From an uncultured Spirochaetota bacterium (lineage in GTDB: Bacteria; Spirochaetota; UBA4802; UBA5550), in NCBI GenBank assembly GCA_963827275.1, contig CAWHAA010000007.1, positions 277,020-341,019 of the forward strand: a stretch of DNA of 64,000 bases, in the 5' to 3' direction. The position numbers and the translations under genes were made by a program. Shown here piece after piece: positions 51,085 to 61,717 of this stretch (positions are counted from its first letter, which is position 1; every line of letters starts with the position of its first letter). The notes under the pieces are model-generated. The model had not been told where the DNA came from, ran no database searches, and was given only the letters and a program-made list of their open reading frames with translations.

Positions 51085-51105
51085 CTTTTCTTGAGATTGC
51101 TTAAC

Positions 51106-51131
51106 AAAAGGGGCTAGAAAGCCCCTTTTTT
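51106..51131. terminator. Bidirectional intrinsic terminator
   Basis: aaaaggggct-agaa-agcccctttttt between convergent genes. Confidence 0.85.
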
Positions 51132-51223
51132 GTGGTTAATAATCCACATCCATTAAATAGTGGGTTACAGCGCTCTAAGAACGTTCATAAGATTACAGTT
51201 CACAAGGTAACTCCCAGTCATTG

Positions 51224-51919
51224 TTATTTAAAATTAATAGCGGATGATTTTAATTCTTTTGCTCCCCTAATCCGTTTGGCCGGAACGCCTCCCCAGACCT
51301 CTCCAGCCGCTATATAAGTGCCTTTTGGAACAATTGCACCAGTTGCTACCAAGGCGTTGTCTTCAATGGTTACACCGGCAAGAACTACCGCATGTGCTCC
51401 GATAGTTACATTGTTACCAAGGCGTATTCGGTAATGTGCTAAATGTTCATTCTCAATGGCATGCGGGACAATGAGAGCATATTGACCAATTAATGTGTTG
51501 TCACCAATCTCAACAAAGCCAGGATCCAATATTATTCCCGAGCTGTATGTGTTGTTCCCTAGCTTAGCGCCCAATGCCAAATAAAATAGACGCATTAAGG
51601 GTACTGGAACTGCACCACTCCGTATGACAGGATAAAACATCAGTAAAAAAAACAACAAATAGATATGATAAACGAACTCTTGTTTGGAGCCTCGTGGTAT
51701 CTCGCCTTCATATAAAGGCATCCACCATAGGAAGCAGCGAAAAACCATTAAGGCAAACATGTAAACCATGATAAGGCCGATCAGGGCCAGTACCACACCG
51801 CGAAAATCACCAAGCTCTAAGTCACCAAATAGGATTGCAGTTGACACTACACCGCACACCAAACTCAATAAAAATAAAACTAAAAAAATACATGTTTGAA
51901 TCATTGTTATCTTTCTCAT
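51224..51919 (-). CDS. Membrane-anchored hexapeptide-repeat (left-handed beta-helix) acyltransferase
   Basis: Two N-terminal TM helices; 'LGAKLG', 'IGDNTLIG', 'LGNNVTIGAHAVVLAGVTI', 'WGGVPAK'; likely start 51919. Confidence 0.85.
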   Translation of the reverse strand: MRKITMIQTCIFLVLFLLSLVCGVVSTAILFGDLELGDFRGVVLALIGLIMVYMFALMVFRCFLWWMPLYEGEIPRGSKQEFVYHIYLLFFLLMFYPVIRSGAVPVPLMRLFYLALGAKLGNNTYSSGIILDPGFVEIGDNTLIGQYALIVPHAIENEHLAHYRIRLGNNVTIGAHAVVLAGVTIEDNALVATGAIVPKGTYIAAGEVWGGVPAKRIRGAKELKSSAINFK

Positions 51920-52081
51920 AATTATCTGCCTAATATTTTGATTAAAAATTAAAAACGTTATCAATTTAGGAAATTACCCAAGGAAATATTAATTAAATCC
52001 GATCAGGGTTTTTCAGGAACTCGAAATCAAAAGCTATTTGCCAAAGGCATGCAAAGTTGATAGGAAGAATCCGATGCGCCC

Positions 52082-55000
52082 CTATTTACGTTGTGCAAGT
52101 TTTAAGAGCCAGCCGCTGATGCCTTGCTTTGCATCATCGATATAAGTAAAAACAGCCGGCACCACTAAAAGACTAAGTAGCGTCGACGTAACCAGTCCCC
52201 CTATCACGGCAATAGCCATCGGTGCACGAAAACTGGGGTCGGCGCCGTAACCGAGCGCCAAGGGCAACATGCCCGCAACCATAGCAATCGTAGTCATCAA
52301 AATGGGCCGGCTGACGCTTATGACAGGCGTCGACCAGGGCATCAAAGCGGTTCATTCCTTCACGACGGGCAACGATAGCGTATTCCACCAATAAAATTGA
52401 GTTTTTCGTTACTACTCCCATCAGCATGATCAAACCAATCATCGAAGGCATGGACAAGGCACTTTGGGTCGCCAGCAGCGCCACAAATGCCCCGCCAATG
52501 GACAAAGGTAGCGCGGTCAGAATAGTTACTGGCTGCATGAAGTCTTTAAACAGCAACACCAATACGCCGTAAATACACAGCACACCAATAGCCATGGCAA
52601 TTCCAAAGCTGGCAAAAAGACTCTGCATTTCCTCAGTATCACCTAACTCGGCAATTTTCACTGCATGGGGCAGGTTCTTGAATGTAGGTAACAACATGGC
52701 TTCCTGGTACAGCTCACCCAAGCTGCGCGAACCTAGCTCCACATCAAGCTTGACGTTACGGCTGCGGTCTAGCCGGTCAATTTGCGCCGGGTCAGACTCC
52801 ATGCTGATGCTAGCTACATTGGACAGCCTTATCGGCCCATTTTTACCAGGTACAGAAAGCCCTTCTAAGCGTGCTCAGATCGGAGCGCACAAGGTCAGGC
52901 AGCTTCACGCGAATGGGGATTTGCCGTTCACTTAGATTGAGCTTTGGCAAGCTGATGTCATAGTCGCCTGCTGTGGTCACACGAACTGTTTCGCCAATGC
53001 TGGAAGCGGTAACCCCGAGATCGGCGGCACGAGCAAAATCCGGGCGCACAATGATCTCCGGGCCGAACCAGGCTGGCACTGGAGGTGACGCCGCCAATAC
53101 CTTTCAATGTGCGCAATTCGCTCTCGGCGCTACGCGCGGTTTCCATTAAGGCAACCGGATCTTCACTGCGCAAGGCAATTTGCATTTTTACGCCGTTGTC
53201 AGGTGGCCCCACCTGAAAGCGAATACCCGGCAACTCGGCGAGTTTTGTACGGATTTGCTGTTCAATTTCCTTAATAGACTCTTTGCGATCACTGCGGTGA
53301 CTGAGCGACAGTGTCAGCAATGCTCGACGGACTTCGGCTGCAGCAGCCGGGGGCTAAAACATCACCACTTGAGCCGCCGCCAATCGAGCTAAAAACGGTC
53401 TTCACATGCGGTAAACTTTGCGCGGCCATGCGCGAGCGTTCGGCCAGTTGCCCAGGTTTCCGTCAGCGTGCTGCCAGGAGGCAATTCAAGGTTGATTTGT
53501 GTTTGCCCACGGTCGGCGGCCGGGACAAAGCCGGTAGGCAACAGGCCCACCAGACTAATGGAGCCAGCAAAGAAGACCGCAGCGCTTAGAGCGGTAAAGA
53601 ATCTGTGGAGCAAGCACCACTGCATAATACGCAGGTAGTGCTGCATGATCCAGCCGTCCTTTTGTTCGGCATGTTTGGGTTGTTTGAGCAGGTATGCTGC
53701 CATCATGGGAGTCAACAAGCGTGCCACTAGCAGAGAAGTTAGGATGGCGAGCACGGCCGTCCAGCCAAACTGTTTGAAGAATTTGCCGGGAACGCCGCCC
53801 ATAAAGGCAGTGGGCAGAAACACAGCTACCAGCGCGAAAGTCGTGGCAATCACCGCAAGACCAATTTCATCGGCGGCTTCCGTAGCGGCTTGCATGGGTG
53901 TTTTGCCCATGCGCAAGTGTCGGGAAATGTTCTCGATTTCCACTATCGCGTCGTCCACCAGAATGCCTACCACCAGAGCAAGCGACAGCAAAGTTACTGT
54001 GTTGAGAGTGAAGCCGAATAATTTCATACCGAAAAATGCAGGAATCACTGACAGTGGCAAAGCGACTGCGGCCACCAAGGTGGCACGCCAGTCGCGCAGA
54101 AACCACCATACCACTAACACGGCTAAAAAGGCGCCTTCGTAGAGCATGGACATAGAGCCGTCAAAGTTTTCTTTGACGGGTGTAGCGTTATCAATTACTT
54201 GCGTGAGATTTAACATTTGGATATTCAGTTTGAAGCTGGGCTATTACCGCACGTGTATTGGCGGCTACGTCAACTTCGCTGGCGCCTTTGGTGCGAAGGA
54301 TTTCCATGCCCACTACAGGCTTACCGTTTTCCAGTGCGACACTCCGGCGCTCCGAAAAAGTATCAGTTACAGTCGCTATTTGGTCGAGGCGAATTTTGCG
54401 GCTTTCTCCGTCTTCGGTCTGCAAAGGCAGTTCAATGGCAGCCAAATCGGCGACTGATTTTACGGTGGCTATAGTACGCACAGTTTGTTCAGCACCACTC
54501 ACGTCGCCCCGACCTCCCGGCGCTTCTTGTTGCACGAGTTTGAGCTGACGCGATACGTCCAAAGCGGTCAGTTTAAGAGCGGCCATTTTGGCGGGATCAA
54601 GTTCAATGCGAACTTCCCGGTTAACGCCACCCAAACGCTTGACAGCGCCCACACCGGGCACCGTAAGCAGTCTCTTGGTAACCGTATTGTCCACGAACCA
54701 GGAGACCTCCTGTTCGTCGAGTTTGTTTGATGATGCCGTAAAGATCAGTACCGCACGACCCGCATTGCTGACTTTGGTAACACTTGGGTCACGCAAATCC
54801 GAGGGTAGGTCAGCGCGAATCTGATCTACGGCATTTTTTACTTCATTCACCGCTTCGGCAGTGACTTTTTCCAGAACAAACTCAACGTTGATGGTGACTA
54901 CGCCATCACGCACATTGGTACGGATGTGTTTAACACCCTCCAGCGTTGCAACTGCATCTTCAAGCTTGCGAGCGACTTCGGTTTCAAGTTGAGCCGGTGC

Positions 55001-55162
55001 GGTGCCTTCGAGCGATGCATTCACGGTGACTATGGGAAGATCAATGTCCGGGAAGTCTTGCACTGCAGTGGTTTTAAATGCCATTACGCCAGCTAGCGAT
55101 AGCAGCACGAATAACATGATCGCAGGGACGGGATTTTTAATCGAAAAGGCAGAGAAATTCAT
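52082..55162 (-). CDS. AcrB/CzcA-family RND permease (multiple frameshifts)
   Basis: 'MNFSAFSIKNPVPA', 'GILVDDAIVEIEN', 'GVVTKNSILLVEY', 'RPILMTT', spread over six ORFs. Confidence 0.85.
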
Positions 55163-55166
55163 GGTT

Positions 55167-56310
55167 TCAGAAATTTTGTGCTTTTTGTTCAGAAGCCGGC
55201 TGTGCAACTACCTTCACCATATCGCCGTCGTTGAGGAATCCTACACCACTTGTGACCACCTCGGCATCTGGCTCAAGCCCATCCAGCACTTCAACTCGAT
55301 CACCGCTTCGTCGCCCAATTCCCACTTTCATTTGTGTCACCCTGCTGTCAGCCTCCAATTTAAACACATAACTAAAACCATCACGCATAACAACAGCCTG
55401 TTGTTGCAGAGTCAGTGCAGCGGAGTCGCCGAGGTCAAATTTGCCCTCAGCAAACATGCCGGCTTTCAAGTTCGGGTGTCTGGGCAAATCCACATACACT
55501 AGCCCTAAGCGAGTTTGCGGGTCGACAGTGGGCGCAATCATTCGCACCTTACCCTGAACGATACTGCCATCGGCTGCTTTAATGCTGGCGTGCGTACCGG
55601 TTTTTAGGTGCGCCAGCTCAGCCGACGCCACTTCGGCACGCCATTCGAGTCGACCCTGGCGAATCATGCGAAAAAGTTCTTGTCCTGTGGGTAAAACCGC
55701 ACCCACAGTCGCAGTCCGAGAAGATATAACGCCGCTATCGGGTGCCAGCACCTGGGTTTGTGCCAACCGCAATTGCTGCATTTTAGCGGCAGCTTCTTGC
55801 GCTTCAAGCCGGGCCTTGGCAGTTTTCTCGGCGATGAGGTACTGGTTGATTTTCTGCGCGCTCAACGCACCTGCGGCTTTAGCTGCTCTGCCTAGCTTGG
55901 CATCAGCAACTGCCTCAGCAAGATTGGCTTTAGCTTCAGCTACGCTGGCATTGATTTGTGCAAGATCAGCTTCCAGGGTTTCTGCAGCAAATGTGGCCAG
56001 TACCTGCCCGCGTTTGACTTTATCGCCCACGTTGGCACGCACTTCGACCAACCGCAGACCGTCAGTTTCATTGCCGATAATGGCCTCTTGCCAAGCTGCC
56101 ACACTGCCGTTGGCATTGAGAGTTCGGGCTAAACGGGCAATTTGGGGTTTGTCGGTAGTGACTGTCAGTGCAGGCTTTGGGTTGGCAGTGGCATTTTTGT
56201 CATCTTCGGAAGCTTGAACTGTCACCAAAATGCTAACAATACTTATAATGATAATGGTGTTTGACGATGAGGTTTTTGCTTTGTAACTGCATAGTGGAAG
56301 ATGGCTCCAT
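55167..56310 (-). CDS. RND membrane fusion protein; N-terminal frameshift near 56282, start uncertain
   Basis: 'VGDKVKRGQVLA', 'APDSGVIS', 'LKAGMFA'; the hydrophobic anchor 'IIIISIVSILV' lies upstream of the ORF start at 56228. Confidence 0.8.
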
Positions 56311-56478
56311 CAGATTTAGAAGTAACCCCCTTAGCATTCTATCGCTAATGTGATTGTTGTCGTAATCGGATCAATTGCGTTTTAATTTGGCAAACAGCGC
56401 TTTAAAAACTAACTTAATTTCAGCTTCATTATTATAATGAAAGATACTCTTATGCAAATAAGACTCTAACCACTTTTT

Positions 56479-57564
56479 TCAAGAATGGGTAGTTAACAGT
56501 TGTTCTATTGATAAGCGCAAGGAACGTGCATAGGCTGGTTTACCTTGCCCTATCCTGCCTAAAAAAACCACTCGTTCCACTTTAGATTCTCCCAGCAATC
56601 GGGTAAACGTTTTGGCAAGTTTTTCAGCATACTTCAACAAGCCTGCTTCCTGCGTAAATACAAGTTTTTCCCTAATATATCCGGAAAAGATCAAGGGTGT
56701 CATTTCGGGTTGTAATTGCAAATTCAGTTGCGTTGCCGTCAACCAAAAACGTTGCACCGCACGGCCTGCATTGAGATGATCCTGTATACCTTGGGGTTTA
56801 TCCCTGGCAACCAAGGCAAAATGCGCTGCACAACAAATTCCAGGCAGTAAATCCAGTTCTATGCGAGGCAGCAAAGTCCCGGCTAGATAGGTGTTAAGAA
56901 AAGTGACTCGCTTCCAGCTTTTTACGGCCCATTTCATTAACCAGGTAGCTACAGGATCCAAACCTACCGCTTGATCGGGTATTTTATCGTCACTAAAACG
57001 AGCATTCCATTCAATAACTGTGCTGTGTGTTGGAAAGGCTTCCGGTAGGGTCAAGCGTAATTTGCCATTATTAAACATCAGCAGGGCAGCTTGCCAACGG
57101 CTTTTCCATCCTTCAAGCCACTGCACTGTGTAAAAATTTCCGACAGCTTGTTCAAGCGCTTTTTTTTGTTGGGCACTTAGGGGTGTAGTTTTTAATGGGC
57201 GGCGTTGCACACTTCGGAGAGGCAGATAAGAAAACAACGGATCGGGACTGATAGTCGAGTCTTCAGTTAAGGTGACGTCGATGGTTGGCTGAGTTTCCGG
57301 TACATTTTCACGCAATTGAAAGTCAGTTTTGTAGCCAAAATTGCTGGAAGCAATGGCGATGCTTTCCAGCAAAGCGCCAATGGCCAGTTGGCTGGCATGA
57401 CCTTGCAGGTCATAAACACAATGATCACGTGTGTCGTAACCATGCACTACAAAATGAGTTGTATCTATGATTTCAAAGCGCCAAGTTTGCATGTTATCGC
57501 CACTAGGAGCCCAACGTGCATGGTTGAGGATGTCTTCGATAATGGTTTTAGGGTTATTGCTCAT
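56479..57564 (-). CDS. Long nitroreductase-fold flavoenzyme ('MoeY'-type)
   Basis: 'ARWAPSGDNMQTWRF', 'RSVQRR', 'GRAVQRFWLTAT', 'FLGRIG'. Confidence 0.8.
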   Translation of the reverse strand: MSNNPKTIIEDILNHARWAPSGDNMQTWRFEIIDTTHFVVHGYDTRDHCVYDLQGHASQLAIGALLESIAIASSNFGYKTDFQLRENVPETQPTIDVTLTEDSTISPDPLFSYLPLRSVQRRPLKTTPLSAQQKKALEQAVGNFYTVQWLEGWKSRWQAALLMFNNGKLRLTLPEAFPTHSTVIEWNARFSDDKIPDQAVGLDPVATWLMKWAVKSWKRVTFLNTYLAGTLLPRIELDLLPGICCAAHFALVARDKPQGIQDHLNAGRAVQRFWLTATQLNLQLQPEMTPLIFSGYIREKLVFTQEAGLLKYAEKLAKTFTRLLGESKVERVVFLGRIGQGKPAYARSLRLSIEQLLTTHS

Positions 57565-57819
57565 GGTGGGTGACTCCTGAATTTTTGAACATTATAAAAA
57601 ATTGGCTCTTGCCTAATTGGTGATCCAATTGCTAACTATTGGCGTTGAGGTAAAAATGATTATCGATGAATATTTTAAAAAGGACAATAAAACACAATTT
57701 ACCATGACGAATTGCGGGACGAAGACGTAAAATTTAATTCAGGTGGACAAAGATGATGCAAAATTTGGGCTGTCCCGGTTAAAGCTACGAATCATTTCCA
57801 GTTGGATTTTTTTTGCACC

Positions 57820-58293
57820 CTATTTATCAGTTTTAGGGGGTTCATCCAGCTCATCATAACCAATTAGACTGGTGATTTTCTCCCATAATGTTTTTTCAAG
57901 ATCGCGCTTGGGGACGTCGACCGTTGTCTCGAGCGATGATTTTATAACGGGAGCGTTGCCTGGCCTGAAATCACCTTTTATGCCGGTTATTTGATCATTT
58001 TCGAAAAATAAGGTGAGTTGTTTTTGCACCCTGTCTTCACCGGCGTGTTTATCAGAATAAAGGTAATCCCAGCGATTCTTATGGAAAACATCATCCAGCA
58101 TGGGTGAACCCATAATATAAAGGACTTGACGCTTGTTCATACCAGGCCGGAGTTGATCAACCATGGCTTGATCAATGATGTTACCTTGCTGAATATCAAT
58201 AGTGTAGACACCGGGTATATAGTTCATAATGGTAGAACAAGAGACGAGTGTCAGGTTTGCCAATAAACCTAAAGAAAAAAGCGACTTTCTCAT
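57820..58293 (-). CDS. bamE: Outer membrane assembly lipoprotein BamE
   Basis: Lipobox; 'IDIQQGN', 'LRPGM.KRQV.YIMGSP', 'RWDY'; divergent from fur. Confidence 0.93.
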   Translation of the reverse strand: MRKSLFSLGLLANLTLVSCSTIMNYIPGVYTIDIQQGNIIDQAMVDQLRPGMNKRQVLYIMGSPMLDDVFHKNRWDYLYSDKHAGEDRVQKQLTLFFENDQITGIKGDFRPGNAPVIKSSLETTVDVPKRDLEKTLWEKITSLIGYDELDEPPKTDK

Positions 58294-58478
58294 TTGTGGC
58301 TGCGTAAGTGTTAAAATACCAAATCATACAGGATGTTAAATAATTATCCTATAAAACTGTCATGCTCTTACCGTCTAAAAAGGCTACAATGAGCGCCATT
58401 TTGTATTTAAGCGACATCCAGGAATGCATACAGTCGAATCGCGCAAACTGCCTACACTGTAACATTAACCGGAGATTA

Positions 58479-58898
58479 ATGTTGGAAACACATGATTTAA
58501 GGAATGCAGGCCTGAAGGTGACGTTACCTCGGGTCAAGATTCTGGAAATTTTAGAAAAACAGGTTAATGAGCATCATTTAACGGCTGAAAAGGTTTATAA
58601 AATTCTGCTCAGTGAGGATGAAGAAATCGGTTTAGCTACCGTTTATCGTGTTTTAACCCAGTTTGAAGCAGCAGGATTGGTGACCCGGCATCATTTTGAA
58701 GGCGGTAATTCGGTTTTTGAATTGTCCAAAGGTGATCACCATGACCATATACTGTGTATGAAGTGCGGAAAAGTGGATGAGTTTACTGATGAAGTCATCG
58801 AAGCCCGGCAAAAAGAAATTGCCCAAAAACTGGGTTATGAATTAACCGATCATGGCCTTTATTTATATGGATTTTGCCCTCAGTGCAGGAAATCCTGA
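58479..58898 (+). CDS. fur: Ferric uptake regulator
   Basis: 'AGLKVTLPR', 'GLATVYRVL', 'HHDH', CxxC; RBS GGAG before ATG 58479. Confidence 0.95.
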   Translation: MLETHDLRNAGLKVTLPRVKILEILEKQVNEHHLTAEKVYKILLSEDEEIGLATVYRVLTQFEAAGLVTRHHFEGGNSVFELSKGDHHDHILCMKCGKVDEFTDEVIEARQKEIAQKLGYELTDHGLYLYGFCPQCRKS

Positions 58899-58922
58899 TT
58901 TTTTTCCTAACCTATATACCGC

Positions 58923-60170
58923 ATGTTTAAACCTCTTATTTTTTATATCGGCTTGCGTTACACGCGAGCCAAACGCCGTACCCAGTTTATTTCTTTTATC
59001 ACTTTAACCTCGGTGCTTGGGATTGCCTTGGGCGTGACAGCGTTGATTACCGTTTTATCCGTGATGAATGGTTTTGAAGCCGAATTGCGCGAGCGGATAC
59101 TTGGTATGACGTCACATGCCACGGTCACGGGTAAATACGGCCAACTGGATGATTGGCGTGATCTTGATCAGAAATTAAAAGATTACCCGCATGTTGAAGG
59201 CGCAGCCCCATTTATCAGTGGACAGGTGATGATTAACGCTGACCGGCGCGTGAGCGGGACGATGCTTAACGGGATTATGCCTGATTATGAATCCAGGGTT
59301 TCGGAAGTCGCCGGTAAAATGAAAGTGGGCAACCTGTCAGATTTGGTTGCCGGACAATACGGCATTGTTTTAGGTGCTGAACTGGCCAATTATTTGGGTG
59401 TGATAATGGGCGATAAAATTACGGTCATCAGTCCACAGATTAATTCCACTCCAGCCGGGATTGTGCCAAGAATGCGCCGATTTACCGTGGTGGGCATTTT
59501 TCAGGTAGGTATGTATGAGTATGACCGGAACATGGCACTTATTAATATCGAGGATGCCGCCAAGTTATTTCGCATGGACAATGCGGTATCAGGCCTGCGC
59601 ATAAAACTGGATGATTTGTTTAATGCGCCGCAAATTACGCGTGCGCTTGCAACCGCTCTGTATGACGACTATCAGGTCAGTGACTGGACCCTGGCACACA
59701 GCAATTTTTTCAGGGCTATCCAGACGGAAAAGCGCGTCATGTTTATAATCCTGCTTTTGATCGTCGCGGTAGCGGCTTTTAATATTGTTTCTACGCTGGT
59801 GATGGTGGTCACGGATAAACGGGCCGATATAGCCATTTTAAAAACACAGGGACTGACTTCGGGTTCTGTGATGGGCATTTTTATGGTGCTAGGAGCCATT
59901 ATCGGCGTAGTCGGCACAGTGCTTGGCACCCTGGGTGGGATAGTGCTGGCATTAAATGTTGAGACCATTGTACCGGCTATTGAAAAAGTGTTTCAGGTTC
60001 AATTTATGGCGGCTGATGTGTATTACATCAGTGAATTGCCTTCCAAGCTGGTGTGGTCGGATGTATACGTTATTGCAGGCATGGCCTTTTTTCTGTCTTT
60101 ATTGGCAACGATTTATCCTGCTTGGCAGGCATCCAGAATAAATCCAGCGGAAGTCCTTAGATATGAATAA
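58923..60170 (+). CDS. lolC: Lipoprotein-releasing ABC transporter permease LolC/E
   Basis: 'GLRYTRAKRR..FISFI', 'VLSVMNGFE', 'VAAFNIVSTL', 'ATIYPA...PAEVLRYE'. Confidence 0.92.
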   Translation: MFKPLIFYIGLRYTRAKRRTQFISFITLTSVLGIALGVTALITVLSVMNGFEAELRERILGMTSHATVTGKYGQLDDWRDLDQKLKDYPHVEGAAPFISGQVMINADRRVSGTMLNGIMPDYESRVSEVAGKMKVGNLSDLVAGQYGIVLGAELANYLGVIMGDKITVISPQINSTPAGIVPRMRRFTVVGIFQVGMYEYDRNMALINIEDAAKLFRMDNAVSGLRIKLDDLFNAPQITRALATALYDDYQVSDWTLAHSNFFRAIQTEKRVMFIILLLIVAVAAFNIVSTLVMVVTDKRADIAILKTQGLTSGSVMGIFMVLGAIIGVVGTVLGTLGGIVLALNVETIVPAIEKVFQVQFMAADVYYISELPSKLVWSDVYVIAGMAFFLSLLATIYPAWQASRINPAEVLRYE

Positions 60171-60843
60171 AACCAGTATTTTGCAGTGCCGGCAATTGAC
60201 CAAACGCTATGATCAGGGCGGCTTGCATGTCGAGGTCCTGAAAGGCGTTAATTTAACCATTGGCGTGGGTGAACGCGTGGCGATTATGGGCGCGTCAGGT
60301 TCCGGTAAAAGCACTTTACTGCACCTCCTGGGCGGATTGGAAAAAGCCAGCGGCGGCGAGGTCGTGCTGGATGGGGTTAATGTCAATCAGGTCAGTGCCG
60401 GGAAACTGGCTAGGTTGAGAAATAAATCCCTGGGGTTTATTTATCAGTCGCATCATTTACTCGGTGAATTTACCGTTCTTGAAAACGTGGCCATGCCCTT
60501 GTTGATTGGCGGGGAAACAGTCAATCAGGCGCGCATTCGTGCCGGTGAATTGTTGCAGCGGGTAGGGTTGGGTCATCGCATTGAACACAAGCCGGGCGAA
60601 TTATCGGGCGGCGAAAGGCAGCGTGCCGCCGTGGCAAGGGCGTTAATCAATAAGCCGTCATTGGTATTGGCTGATGAACCTACCGGTAATCTCGACAGTA
60701 AAACCGCCGACCAGGTTTATCAGTTGATGCTGGAATTAAACCAGGAGTTGAATGTCAGCTTTCTGGTGGTGACGCATGATCATGATTTGGCCGCGCGAAT
60801 GGGCAAGGTATTGCACATGGAAGACGGGTTGATTGTCGGTTAA
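60163..60843 (+). CDS. lolD: Lipoprotein-releasing ABC transporter ATPase
   Basis: GASGSGKS, LSGGE, DEPTGNLD; overlaps lolC/E. Confidence 0.93.
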   Translation: MNKTSILQCRQLTKRYDQGGLHVEVLKGVNLTIGVGERVAIMGASGSGKSTLLHLLGGLEKASGGEVVLDGVNVNQVSAGKLARLRNKSLGFIYQSHHLLGEFTVLENVAMPLLIGGETVNQARIRAGELLQRVGLGHRIEHKPGELSGGERQRAAVARALINKPSLVLADEPTGNLDSKTADQVYQLMLELNQELNVSFLVVTHDHDLAARMGKVLHMEDGLIVG

Positions 60844-60879
60844 AGGTCCGGGCTAAACGGGCGATTAACACTCTTTTAT

Positions 60880-60945
60880 TCACCACGAAGACACGAAGAG
60901 CACGAAGAAATAAAAAACTTCGTGCTCTTCGTGTCTTCGTGGTGA
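60880..60945. repeat. Perfect 28-bp inverted repeat built from CACGAAG units (REP-like; possible bidirectional terminator)
   Basis: tcaccacgaagacacgaagagcacgaag, 10-nt loop, cttcgtgctcttcgtgtcttcgtggtga. Confidence 0.9.
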
Positions 60946-60975
60946 TATTCATTAATTTACCTGTTATTCATCAAG

Positions 60976-61539
60976 TTACATGCGTCTATCGTAACTAATT
61001 GCCCTGAATGGATTCTTTTTTGAAGAGGGATTTTTGCGTAATTGTTGTCTTGCTGACCATTTTTTAGCGGTATGGAAACGCCAGAAATAGTTAATCCCAA
61101 AGTAACCCGCCGAAGCGCAAACGATCCCTAGAATCAAACAACCGGTCAGAAACGGAAGCAAAATTTCACCGGATAATATCGCGTCCAGAGAGAATGAGGC
61201 TGCCGGAAGATTCAGAAGCGTAAGTCCAACCAGATAGGCAAAATAAAACAGTGGCGGCATGGTGACGGGATTGGTTAACCAGACCAAGCCAACGGAAATA
61301 GGTAAGTTTGCCCTAAAATAAAATGCGGCTATCGCCGCAATCGCCATTTGTCCCGGGGTCGGAATCCAGGCACCAAAAAGGCCCACAGCAAAAGCCATGG
61401 ACACAGAGCGTCGATTCAAATGCCAGAGATTGGGGTCATGCAATTTATCGCCAAGAAACTGAAGATTTTTGTGCTGTTTAATCACATCATGGTCAGGGAT
61501 AAACTTATGTAACAGCTTCTGTATAAATTCTTTGGCCAT
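60976..61539 (-). CDS. DUF2062 family membrane protein
   Basis: 'LHDPNLWHLNRRSV..AFAVGLF', 'WLTNPVT.PP'; usual lolD-DUF2062-comEC context; likely start 61539. Confidence 0.85.
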   Translation of the reverse strand: MAKEFIQKLLHKFIPDHDVIKQHKNLQFLGDKLHDPNLWHLNRRSVSMAFAVGLFGAWIPTPGQMAIAAIAAFYFRANLPISVGLVWLTNPVTMPPLFYFAYLVGLTLLNLPAASFSLDAILSGEILLPFLTGCLILGIVCASAGYFGINYFWRFHTAKKWSARQQLRKNPSSKKNPFRAISYDRRM

Positions 61540-61600
61540 CGTCTTATTAAAGTTCAAGTTATTTATAGTGTTTACAACTCTTTGCCTGCATTTTAAATCT

Positions 61601-61632
61601 CCTCTCCCTAGCCCTCTCCAGCATGAGAGGGA
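61601..61632 (-). repeat. CCCTCTCC-family palindromic repeat
   Basis: cctctccctagccctctccagcatgagaggga. Confidence 0.55.
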
Positions 61633-61717
61633 ATAAACATGGCGGCAATGAAATGCGGTGATTGTTAATAGCAAGTTTATCAGGTTTTTGCCAAGCTCAA
61701 AAACATCAGGGAGCTAA

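Noticed and set aside
56244..56262. Fur-box-like ATAATGATAAT
   Set aside because: It lies within Ile codons of the membrane fusion protein anchor and is only a half match.
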